From Octopus bimaculoides (lineage: Eukaryota): DNA of 47,582 nt. Below, piece by piece: positions 13,027 through 22,228 of the stretch. The notes under the pieces were generated by a model. The model was not told where the DNA came from. It did no database searches and saw only the letters and a list, made by a program, of their open reading frames with translations. The stretch spans positions 55,593,845 through 55,641,426 of the forward strand of contig NC_068992.1 in NCBI RefSeq assembly GCF_001194135.2. Direction: 5' to 3'. Position 1 is the first letter of the stretch. Each line of letters opens with the position of its first letter. Made by a program: the position numbers and the translations under genes.

Positions 13027-13070
13027 TGTTTTTCGTCGGGTCTTCTGTTTTTCGTCGGTTCTTCTGTTTT
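13027..13070. repeat. 19-bp tandem duplication (TGTTTTTCGTCGG.TCTTC x2 plus partial)
   Basis: Direct reading. Confidence 0.85.
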
Positions 13071-14984
13071 AACTGGATACCCATTCTAGGTTACATGATA
13101 CTGTCTGTATTAATGTCAGGTCATTTTCAGGACAACAACATGTGACCTCTTAAACGAGGTGTTTATTCCGATGGACTTTCAGTTGATAGTGAAAACACTT
13201 GACTTAAACCCTCAATACTTTGGTTGAAATGTTTGTATGCAGAAAACATTTGATTTTATCGCCCCTGAAGTTAGAAATGTAAAAACGGCTGGCTAAGTCA
13301 AAAATGCGTCGCAAAGTAAGAAAAAGATCTGGTGCTTCGGGTTTTACAATGAATAATGCGTGGTGTCTGTGGCGTGCACAATTTCAACAGCTCGAGTCTA
13401 CCTCGCCCTTAGATGTACTACATCGGTGCAGTCAGTGGAAGTACTATAAACTATATAAGGATTTCATCTGAGTGCACGGGAAACTTCATCTCACCTCGTG
13501 AAGAAAAGCGTTGTGCTTCTGTAAAATGTAGGCTTAGAATAGTTTAGCAAGCCTTTATCAACGAAGACATAGTCAAATATACTTTGGTCATATGATATAT
13601 AGAGAGAGAGCTAAATATGTCATAGTAGACGAAAACGATATTATTGTTTTTGAAAATTTTAAACGTAATTCCATAAATAAAAAAATCTTATTCTTCAATA
13701 GTTAACACAATATTTTCCAGGTAAAATTTATTTAACTTTTCCAAACTGAAAATCATAAACGGAAAGCGATAATTGCTTGTGAATGTTATGTGATATAGAC
13801 TGTGTCGCTAAAAAATGACGTATGCAAATATTGAACAAAGGATGATTGGAGCCAATCGGATATTTATTTGAATATAACTTTTCTTTTTGTCTCGTAGTTG
13901 TGGTTACATGATGCAACGTCAACAGGCAGCTATTTATAGATTCGAAAAAAGGCTATGAAGATTATAGGTTACAAGACACATTTACGACATCTGCCACACT
14001 TAATATATTGGTCTGTCTGAACTGTACAAATTGATGTCCTGTTTGAACTACAGAATACTGAGAATGTTATTTCACAATTAATATTTTGTGTTTTTTTTGT
14101 CAATAAATTTTCTATAAAACTATGGTGAATAGGATTCAATACAATATTATAGGTCAATAGGCTTTAATGTAACACAGGACAATTTGTATCAATATTGTAT
14201 ACCAAACTTCGATTTCCATTCCTATCCAAGCACAACTAAACAAAGCTTCTTTCTTCACAGCGCTAATACATTTTGTCCTCTAAAACCTACGTACATTCAA
14301 GTAAAATAGATCGTTTACATATTAAGGATTTTGTGGGACAATACAATGCAGGTGACACAATACTAACCTCCGGCTCTTCGGCAAACAGTCCAAGAAGGTA
14401 AAAGAAAACTTCCCAATCGAAATGATCAATTATTGTTCTTTGACACCACCATGCTTTTCCATGAACTCTATATCCCCGCAAGGCCTTGTTCAAGACCTTA
14501 CAGTCATCGTTGTATCTAGCAATTGTAGTTACTCATTCTCACATTGTCAGAACTCAGAGCACAGAAACATGTCATCGAGCGAACTCTTCAGAAGAACACA
14601 CCATTTTTAATGTAGATCCTAGTAGTTAGAACAAGAGCAGTGATTTTGACGTTTTCTTTTTACAATACTTTCGAGAATGGTAGAGAAAATGGGACAACGA
14701 GACTATGGCTAATTGACCTCAATGACAGAAGACAAGAAGCGATCCAGTATCTGCAAATCTAATCCCAATTTTTGTGGGAAGGTGAACTTGACTAAAGTTT
14801 CCCAAGGAAAACTCATAGTGTCAAATCGAGCAACGTATTAAATCTTCCAGAACATGTAGTGCTTATATAATGGCTTTTTTATTGTTTACTTCCAGGTCAT
14901 TCCCGTTCAAGCACATCGATTCCAGCCCATCTTCTATTCAACCACATGGTGCTTACAACTACAATTTTCAGAGACATTGGTACA

Positions 14985-15066
14985 GAGACATTGAGCATAT
15001 TTCGGAAAGCTTATAACGACGAGGCAATGGGCCGTATGCAACCTTTCGAGTGGCACGGACGATAGA
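14985..15066 (+). mobile_element. Possible mariner transposase N-terminal HTH remnant
   Basis: GTETLSIFRKAYNDEAMGRMQPFEWHGR* resembles mariner ATET..ML..AYG.EAM.R...FEWH.RF. No TIR found. Confidence 0.55.
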
Positions 15067-16480
15067 CGATGTGCCTATTTTCTTCAGGCACTCTACCTTT
15101 TCTTCCTCAGACGACGCATAGTCAGAGGAAGAGCAGCTTTCCACGTTTGACACAGAACAACTTAAACTTTCGCAACTCCTCACTCGACGCCCCTCCATCA
15201 CACAAGAGGGGAAACGTCACACAGCCAAAAAGACATGTCTATCTCACACAAATCCAACAAAGCAAATGAATCAGAGTAAACCGGAAGCTAGCTTCTTACC
15301 AGACGGCCACGCCTGAAGTTGGAACCTGGATATCTGACTGATCTTTCTCGTGGAGCTTACCTCTTCCTCTACATTACTCGTGACACTAATCTCATTATAA
15401 ATACACTGTCAAATGACAAGGAACTGAAATGAAATTAAGAACAACGAATTTTTATTATTTGTTGAAATACCATAGCGATTAATTCCAAAATCGTTAAATG
15501 CCGAAATTTAATTGAAATAATTGAATATTGGCAGAATATAATTGGTCTTAAATTTAGGTAGGGATATAACTCTGTTTCCGTTAGTATTTTATTTTATTTC
15601 ATTCTGTTTTTCTAAGAGAAGAATTAATTCTAAAACGACCAACTGAAACCAGTAAAATCGATAATGCTTGCCGTATTCACTGTATTCTCTTGGGCCATAT
15701 ACATTTCATACATGCTTAACTTAACATTATTTCGCTGTCGTTGTTTTGTAAAGTTTCTTGCATTAACGAAACATTGTCCTTCCTGACACAAACTTATACA
15801 GCATTTGAGGATTGCTGAATAACGCACGAATACAAAACCTGTATTTGTTATATAATTTATCATTCTAATAGTATTTCAGAGATAACTTTAAAACTATTAA
15901 ACATTGTGCATTTAATCATCTGTTTTTAGTCGACGATTATTTTGTCCGTTGAAACATGTGAATAATCTAAATGACTTTTCTTTATTTTGACATTATTAGA
16001 AAACAGATAGCACTGACAGTTAGAAGGCCTCCCTTGTGTCTCTTTCCGGCAGAGAAAATAAACTTTTGAAAAGCTCTAGGCCGAACACCATTTTAAATGG
16101 AAGCCTGAAAAGAATTCGTATATATTATTTCCACAATATTCAAGCAAACGAACCCATAAACACAGTCTTCAACAACATGTAACGATGATAATAATAGTCA
16201 TATAAAGTTTTGCTTTAACAATTTGCTTTAACTATTCATCAAAATTTTTTGATCGTATTCAACGTTTCTGAAAGCCCGGCTAAAATTGCTTTCACACCGT
16301 TCTTTCCTTTCCATTGAAAATTTCTTTGAAGTCGGACACCTTTCAATTCTATCATTTCCTTCAACTGTACAGGAACTTAACCTTGTCTTTCTTCTTTCCT
16401 TTCGTGCCATCTCTCTGAATGTTGATTCTCATGTACCTCGTTAAAAGACTGCCATATGTATGTATGCACGTATGTGTATG

Positions 16481-16529
<49 letters not shown>

Positions 16530-16620
16530 CATAGGGAGAATTCACAAAAAAAAAGATGAAGACAGGTGGTGTAGAAAACAAACAGATGTATTAGTATAAC
16601 GCTCGGGAATTGAAAAAAGT

Positions 16621-16657
16621 CTTAAACGTTTCGAGCCTACGATCTTCCACAGAAAGG
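16621..16657 (-). ncRNA. Degenerate minimal hammerhead ribozyme
   Basis: Minus strand: ccttt-CTGTGGA-A-GATC-gtag-GCTC-GAAACGTT-taag. A6 is changed to U, stem II has one mismatch, and the palindrome AACGTT forms stem III. Confidence 0.55.
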
Positions 16658-16752
16658 AACACAGAAAGAAACAAGGAGAGAAGCAGGCAGAGAAAAAAAT
16701 GTGTGTAGTGGTTAGCGATCTATCAGGGCGAATGCCGAACAGAAGGGTCATG

Positions 16753-16843
16753 CTTCACTACAGCTGTTTCAGACGTGTTTTTTATTCATTAACCGATGTG
16801 TTACATCATGCAGCAAAAAAAAGACGTTTTCATCAGGTAAGAA
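16753..16843 (-). ncRNA. Minimal type-I hammerhead ribozyme, near-intact
   Basis: Minus strand: ttcttac-CTGATGA-aaacgt(c tttttttt..33-nt loop..aaaaaa c)acgtct-GAAAC-AGCT-GTA-gtgaag. Core intact; stem II has 5 of 6 pairs plus an A-U extension; stem III is the palindrome ACAGCTGT; stem I ttac/gtga. Confidence 0.72.
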
Positions 16844-16979
16844 TATTAAACATTTTGAATATCTCAAAATCAAGTACATAGTGCTATATAACTCTACCGA
16901 CCCACATTCATCCTGCCATTTGTGAATGTATGCAGAGCCGTAAAACAAATCTGTGTTTACTTTAGTAAGTATTTGTCCT

Positions 16980-17047
16980 TTATTCTTTTATTCTTTTACT
17001 TATTTCAGCCATTTGGCTGAGGCCATGCTGCAGTACCGCCTTCAGCC
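16980..17047 (-). mobile_element. SINE-A 3' tail fragment
   Basis: 'ttcttttattcttttacttatttcagccatttggctgaggccatgctgcagtaccgcctt' matches the reverse complement of the SINE-A tail. Confidence 0.8.
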
Positions 17048-17099
17048 TTAAATATTGTTTGTCCTCGATAAAGCTATCAGCGACATGACCTTAGTGCAT

Positions 17100-17560
17100 C
17101 ACTATTTAAGAACCTGATTTTCTTGAATCCTGGAAATTCATATCCATTTCCAAGTAAGTTTAACTTCACTTTTTTGATGCCACTCTCTAATCTATACTCT
17201 TCTCTTCCTTCATTCTTCTCTAATTCTTTTTTCTCCTTCACCATTTTGCATCTGTCTCTCTCTCTCTCTGCCCTCTTTCTCTTTCTCTCTCTCTCTCTTG
17301 TTGCTCACACATGACCATCGTCCATGGTTGTTTGCCTCACGTGACCATCTTTCTTTTCCTGCACGGACGTTCAGAGGAACGGACTATGTCTCTCTCTCTT
17401 CTACCTTTTCTCTTTTCAAAAAAATGTTTCTCCCAACGTTCACTATTTTCCTCATGTTCTGGTCTAACGATTCTCCATATTTGTTTTCTTTCGGTTTCCT
17501 TGTATGTCTCCACTGTCAAGTTTTTGTTCCCAACTTTGACTCTCCATAAATCCTAAATGG
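17100..17560 (+). mobile_element. Possible PLE 3' end / pseudo-LTR (ORF end, CT-rich UTR, decayed hammerhead half)
   Basis: KNLIFL..YP..SKFNF resembles PLE C-termini (LIF.LGTL.P.G.N..F.F). 'cagagga a cggac tat gtc' at about 17372-17390 resembles CUGAnGA plus stem II lacking GAAA. Weak. Confidence 0.35.
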
Positions 17561-18026
17561 TGACATCCTGTACACATATATGCACGTGTATATATATATA
17601 TATATATNNNNNNNNNNNNNNNNNNNNNNNNNNNNNNNNNNNNNNNNNNNNNNNNNNNNNNNNNNNNNNNNNNNNNNNNNNNNNNNNNNNNNNNNNNNNN
17701 NNNNNNNNNNNNNNNNNNNNNNNNNNNNNNNNNNNNNNNNNNNNNNNNNNNNNNNNNNNNNNNNNNNNNNNNNNNNNNNNNNNNNNNNNNNNNNNNNNNN
17801 NNNNNNNNNNNNNNNNNNNNNNNNNNNNNNNNNNNNNNNNNNNNNNNNNNNNNNNNNNNNNNNNNNNNNNNNNNNNNNNNNNNNNNNNNNNNNNNNNNNN
17901 NNNNNNNNNNNNNNNNNNNNNNNNNNNNNNNNNNNNNNNNNNNNNNNNNNNNNNNNNNNNNNNNNNNNNNNNNNNNNNNNNNNNNNNNNNNNNNNNNNNN
18001 NNNNNNNNNNNNNNNNNNNNNNNNNN

Positions 18027-18060
<34 letters not shown>

Positions 18061-18061
18061 T

Positions 18062-18641
18062 AAAAAGGAATGGGCTGAGCTGAACAAATTAAAAGATGAT
18101 AAAACAATAACAATCAAAGACGCTGATAAAGGGAGGGCAGTTTTCTTAATGGACACGGTATTCTATATAACTCTAGTACTATCCATATTGAAAGACACAA
18201 CATATTATGAAAAGGCCCAACAGTACAGTCAGTAGAAAATAATGAGAAACCTAAAATCCATGTTAAACCTATACAGAGAAGGGCTCACCGACAAAGAATA
18301 TGACTATATGACCAATTTGAAAAGTAAAAGCAGTCAGTTCTACGGTATTCCCAAGATACACAAAAGTGAGAAAATAAGTAAAGCATGCAGGATAGCCACC
18401 TACATAATAATCAAAGTCACTTCTCCCAATGACCTCAAATTGAGATCTATAATAGCAGGTCCCGCATGCGAAACCCACCTCCTCAGTAACTTTTTAGATA
18501 CCCTCTTAAAACTATTCCTCAAGCATGTCAAAAGCTATATAAGGGACGACCTGGATATGCTTAATCACATTCCTGAAACAATAAACAAAGACCTACTACT
18601 AGTATTCTTCGATGTAGTCAACCTCTATTCCAATATCCTCC
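18062..18641 (+). mobile_element. Penelope-like element reverse transcriptase fragment (one in-frame stop, truncated after motif A)
   Basis: KDDKTITIKDADKGRAVFLMD..Y..*..SQFYGIPKIHK..LRSIIAGP..LSNFLDTLLK..HVKSYIRDDLDML..FFDVVNLYSNI. The ADKG, YGxPKxHK, RPII and FDVxxLYxNI motifs are diagnostic of PLE RT. Confidence 0.93.
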
Positions 18642-18950
18642 ATTGGTATTTAGACAGTGTGTTACATATCCCAGGGCGCCAATAATTACAGGTATAAACC
18701 TGAAATTGTAATCTGGATAGAGTAATTGCAGATTTATCAATAGTTCAGCGTAGATATTCTCTTTTTCACTGATCTTCAGCTTCAAGTTAACATTCGCTTG
18801 GCAACTAACTTCCACAACTGTACACAGTTTCTCTTCTCATCCTGAATCATTATATCAGGTGTGTTGTGCTTACATTTTATTGAGGTTTTCACTTGGGGCA
18901 TTCCACCAATACTCCTTTTTATCATCAGTGGCTATGGCTGCTTTTTTATT
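18642..18950 (-). mobile_element. R4-clade-like (restriction-like endonuclease) LINE fragment, copy 1
   Basis: KKEYWWN..KHNTPDIMI.D.EEKLCTVVEVSCQANVNLKLKISEKENIYAELL.NLQLLYPDYNFRFIPVIIGALGYV. PD..E..K RLE with the IPVIIGALG motif; frameshifted. Confidence 0.88.
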
Positions 18951-19056
18951 TCTTAGTAGAAGACATAATAAAAAAGCAGCCATAGCCACTGATGACAAAA
19001 AGGAGTATTGGTGGAATGTCCCAAGTGAAATCCTTAATAAAATGTAAGCACAACAC
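18861..19056. repeat. Inverted repeat: 90-bp arms (18861-18950 and 18967-19056), 16-nt spacer, 4 mismatches
   Basis: Direct base-by-base comparison of the left-arm reverse complement with the right arm. Confidence 0.95.
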
Positions 19057-19294
19057 GCCATTGTCAAGGTGATGTCCGAAATGGATAAGGACCACATAGT
19101 GTCAGCATGCCAATGGTTCCGGTCCCGCATTGAAGCAGTAATCAAAGCCGAAGGCGATTTCATAGAATAATTAGCTTTAAAAATCATTATCAAGATTAAT
19201 TGCACAAATGTTTATTCAAATACAATTTTATTTATGCTTAAATATTGTTGTTTTATTGTATACCACAACTGTCCTCAAATACCCCTCGCACCCT
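19057..19294 (+). mobile_element. Tc1/mariner-superfamily transposase C-terminus plus probable right end
   Basis: AIVKVMSEMDKDHIVSACQWFRSRIEAVIKAEGDFIE* (19057-19170) fits the AC..FR.R.EAVI.A.G..IE ending. 'cctcgcaccct' resembles a ...CACCCTGTA TIR. Confidence 0.82.
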
Positions 19295-19699
19295 CTCTCT
19301 CATATATATATATATAATTACCATGCAGAAATGGCCAAAAATGACCTAGATACCAATCAGTGTATAGAGAGTACCGATCTCATTTTTCATTATTATAAGG
19401 TGGTTTGATTTCTCTTTACGCTTCATCTGGCACACGACAGCAGAACGTAACTTAAGCCCGTTTTATATTTATTGTTTTTCATTGGGGACAGGAAATCATA
19501 TTGAGTGTCGTTCTTGTTTTCTATTGCTTTTTACTACTTTTCTATCTTTCTTTATTGGAAATTTTTGCAATTCTGCGGAGGATATTTTATAAAGTTTCCA
19601 ACTGTAGAAAGCTGCCTCCTTCATCATCAACGTTGTCGTATTTTTTTTTTTTTTGTTCTACTTTATACACAAGTCAACATCATTCTTCACATTGGAGTT

Positions 19700-20040
19700 G
19701 TCTTACAATTGTGTATGTGTCTGTATGAGTGTGTCTCTCTCTATGTGGGTCTCTCTATGTGTGTGTGCCTGTATGTGTGTTTGTGTGTTTGTGTGTATTT
19801 GTGTGTGTGTATTTTGCCTTGCGTCGAAAATTTTGTTTGTTAGTTTGTCTACTTTGAAAAATTCATCTAAATTTCTTGATCTTGTTTAAGTGAACACATA
19901 CTTATACGTCTCTATAGATCAATTAAATTCCTATATTGTCTTGACCTTTTACATACATAATACATACATACATCATGTGTCTGTGTGCATGTATGTATGT
20001 ATGTATGTATGTATGTATGTATGTATGTATGTATGTATAC
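19700..20040. repeat. Degenerate (TG)n and (TATG)n microsatellites
   Basis: Direct reading. Confidence 0.85.
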
Positions 20041-20544
20041 TCGTGTGTTTGTACTTTTAATCTTGTATTGTTTCAAATAACCAGATTCATATCTTTCTTG
20101 TCTCGAAAGTATCAGAAGAAAGCAATATCAATTAGTATCAATATACTTTACAATAGATGCCGGACCGCTTGATGTGGTTTTTTTCTGTCTCTATTCATTT
20201 GCCATGATCAACTCTTCTATGATATCAATGTTCTGGCTTCCTCAAACTCTCCCCTCAGTATCTGTCTACATTCATTTCAAGTTTTCAAACTTTTATTTAT
20301 CCTCTAAATAACAATGAATAGTTTCTTCTCCAAGCCTGGAGATTATTTCTATTTAGTAACACGACGAATTCTTTTCTGAAAGAATTTGTTAGATGAAAAC
20401 TGTGTGAAAATCTATCATATATAAGTGCATGTATGTCTGCCTGTGTGTTTGTGTGTGTTCGTGTGGTTGTCTGTCTGTGTGTTTGTGTGTGTTCGTGTGG
20501 TTGTCTGTCTGTGTGTTTATATGCGTGTGTGCGTCTTTGCGTTT

Positions 20545-20722
20545 GTCTCACCATCGCGGGACAAGCAATGTTGGTTTGTTTACATCTCCGGTAAAAAGAA
20601 ATGATAGACAAGTAACAGATTTGAAACAAATAACGAAATCCATTGCTTCGACTAAAAACTTCAAGGCAGCGCCCCAGCATGATTGCAACCCAGTGGCTGC
20701 AACAGATAAAAGAATAAAAAGA
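20545..20722 (+). mobile_element. Diverged SINE-A 3' half
   Basis: 'caccatcgc..gacaa..ggtttgtttaca', 'cgactaaaa..aaggcagcgccccagcatg', tail 'gataaaagaataaaaaga'. Confidence 0.7.
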
Positions 20723-20747
20723 TATTTGAGACAAATGTTTTGTATAT

Positions 20748-21010
20748 AGGCGCAGGAGTGGCTGTGTGGTAAGTAGCTTGGCTACCAACCACATGGTTCC
20801 GGGTTCTGTCCCACTGCGTGGCACTTTTGGCAAGTGTTTTCTATTATAGCCTCGGGCCGACCAAAGCCTTGTGAGTGCATTTGGTAGACGGAAACTGAAA
20901 GAAACCTGTCGTATATATGTGTATATATATGTTTGTGTGTGTGTGTATGTGCTTGTCCCACCAACATCGCTTGACAACCGATGGTGGGGTGTTTACGTCC
21001 CCGTAACTTA
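20748..21010 (+). mobile_element. SINE-A, 3'-truncated
   Basis: 'ggcgcaggagtggctgtgtggtaagtagc..ggttccgggttctgtcccactgcgtggcac..ggcaagtg' through 'cgtccccgtaacttag'. Confidence 0.92.
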
Positions 21011-21078
21011 GTATATGTCGAAGCAACTTAAGCTATCCTTCAGCTAACCCGTCTGATATAGTCTCTATAAATGCTATA

Positions 21079-21412
21079 CTCGTGGCTACACTCATGGCTA
21101 TACTCATGGCTCAGTGGTTAGAGCGTCGGGCTCACAATAATGAGGTAATGGGTCCGATTCCCGGACAGGGCTGTGTTGTGTTCTTGAGGAAGACACTTTA
21201 TTCCACATTGCTGCAGTTCACTCAGCTGTCGAAATGAGTTGTAGCATCACTGGTGCCAAGCTGTATCGGCCTTTGCCTTTCCCTTGGATAACATCGGTGG
21301 CGTGGAGACGGGAGGCTGCTGGTCTTCCATAAACAACATTTCCCGGACGTGTGCCTTGGAGAGGAACTTTCAAAGTACAATCCGATGATCATTCATGACC
21401 GAAGGGGATCTT
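21079..21412 (+). mobile_element. tRNA-derived SINE family D (CORE-like) with 11-bp TSD
   Basis: A box 'tggctcagtggttagagc', B box 'ggtccgattccc', 'gtgttcttgaggaagacactt..ctcagctg'. TAAATGCTATA at 21068-21078 and 21413-21423. Confidence 0.85.
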
Positions 21413-21515
21413 TAAATGCTATATTGTTCTACAGATTATATCCATAAATCTTTATGAAAAGTATATATATACTGGGGACATTATGACAGATGTATATCAT
21501 GTTAATTTAGTGGGA

Positions 21516-21848
21516 GTCTTCAGCTTTATGTTAACATCTGCTGGGCAGCTAATTTCCACAACTGTACATAGTTTCTTTTATCCCAAATCATTATATCAGG
21601 TGTGTTGTGCTTATATTTTTTTTTTTAAAGTTTTCACTAGGACATTCAACCATTACTTCTTTTCTATGATGAGTGGCTATGGCGTCTACCATACTGTGGG
21701 TCCTTATTTGTTTGTCCTCGGGGTTATCCTTCTAACAGATTTCATTATAGAGTGTCCTAGCTACATCATATTTTATCGGTAGATATACAACGATGACATT
21801 TTCGGACAACTGCTTATGATGTGGGTAGCATCTTCGGTATTAACTCCA
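21516..21848 (-). mobile_element. R4-clade-like LINE fragment, copy 2 (partial CCHC knuckle plus RLE start)
   Basis: GVNTEDATHIISSCPKMS..LP..DV.ARTLYNEI..KDNPE..KHNTPDIMIWD.K.LCTVVEISCPADVNIKLK. Homologous to 18780-18945. Confidence 0.85.
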
Positions 21849-21849
21849 C

Positions 21850-21904
21850 ATGCATGTATGTATGTATGTATGTATGTATGTATGTATGTATGTATGTATG
21901 TATG
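21850..21904. repeat. (TATG)n microsatellite
   Basis: Direct reading; a second array lies at 22165-22228. Confidence 0.97.
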
Positions 21905-22228
21905 ATTATATGTCTGTGCACACGTTTGAATGTGGTGTGTGCCAGAGGGTTTGCAAATCCAATGGGGGTCTTAAAAGACATGTTAGGATCCACAATGAGC
22001 AGAACTTACTTGCAGGTATTGGTAGTGCAAATCAGAGGTGCAATCTGTGTGGGTGCTTTTTCAAAACACTGTCTGGTTTAAAAAGCCACATCAGACGCCA
22101 TGAAAGGGCTAAGGTGTAGGTGCAGGAGGTGGTCAAACTCTGTTTAAGGAGTAGACAACCACCATGTATGTATGTATGTATGAATGTATGTATGTATGTA
22201 TGTATGTATGTATGTATGTATGTATGTA
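21905..22228 (+). mobile_element. 5'-truncated LINE 3' end (probably RTE-type) encoding two C2H2 zinc fingers, with a (TATG)n tail
   Basis: FECGVCQRVCKSNGGLKRHVRIH and CNLCGCFFKTLSGLKSHIRRH, stop at 22117-22119, a 45-nt UTR, then (TATG)n. No TGEKP linker and no splice acceptor. Confidence 0.62.

Larger units (their letters stand above)
16540..16845 (-). mobile_element. Penelope-type terminal repeat segment(s) carrying hammerhead motifs
   Basis: Two CUG.nGA...GAAAC..NUH motifs (see ncRNA entries). The left end 'aaaagatgaagacag' recurs as 'aaaagacgaagacag' at about 42766-42780. Confidence 0.65.

Noticed and set aside
14968-15201. Acidic/serine-rich minus-strand ORF resembling a piggyBac N-terminus
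   Set aside because: No piggyBac DDD motifs or TTAA ends nearby; the opposite strand partly matches a mariner HTH instead.
21850-22119. Intact host C2H2 zinc-finger gene
   Set aside because: The N-terminus of the ORF is (TATG)n translation, there is no acceptor site or TGEKP linker, and a microsatellite tail follows the short UTR.
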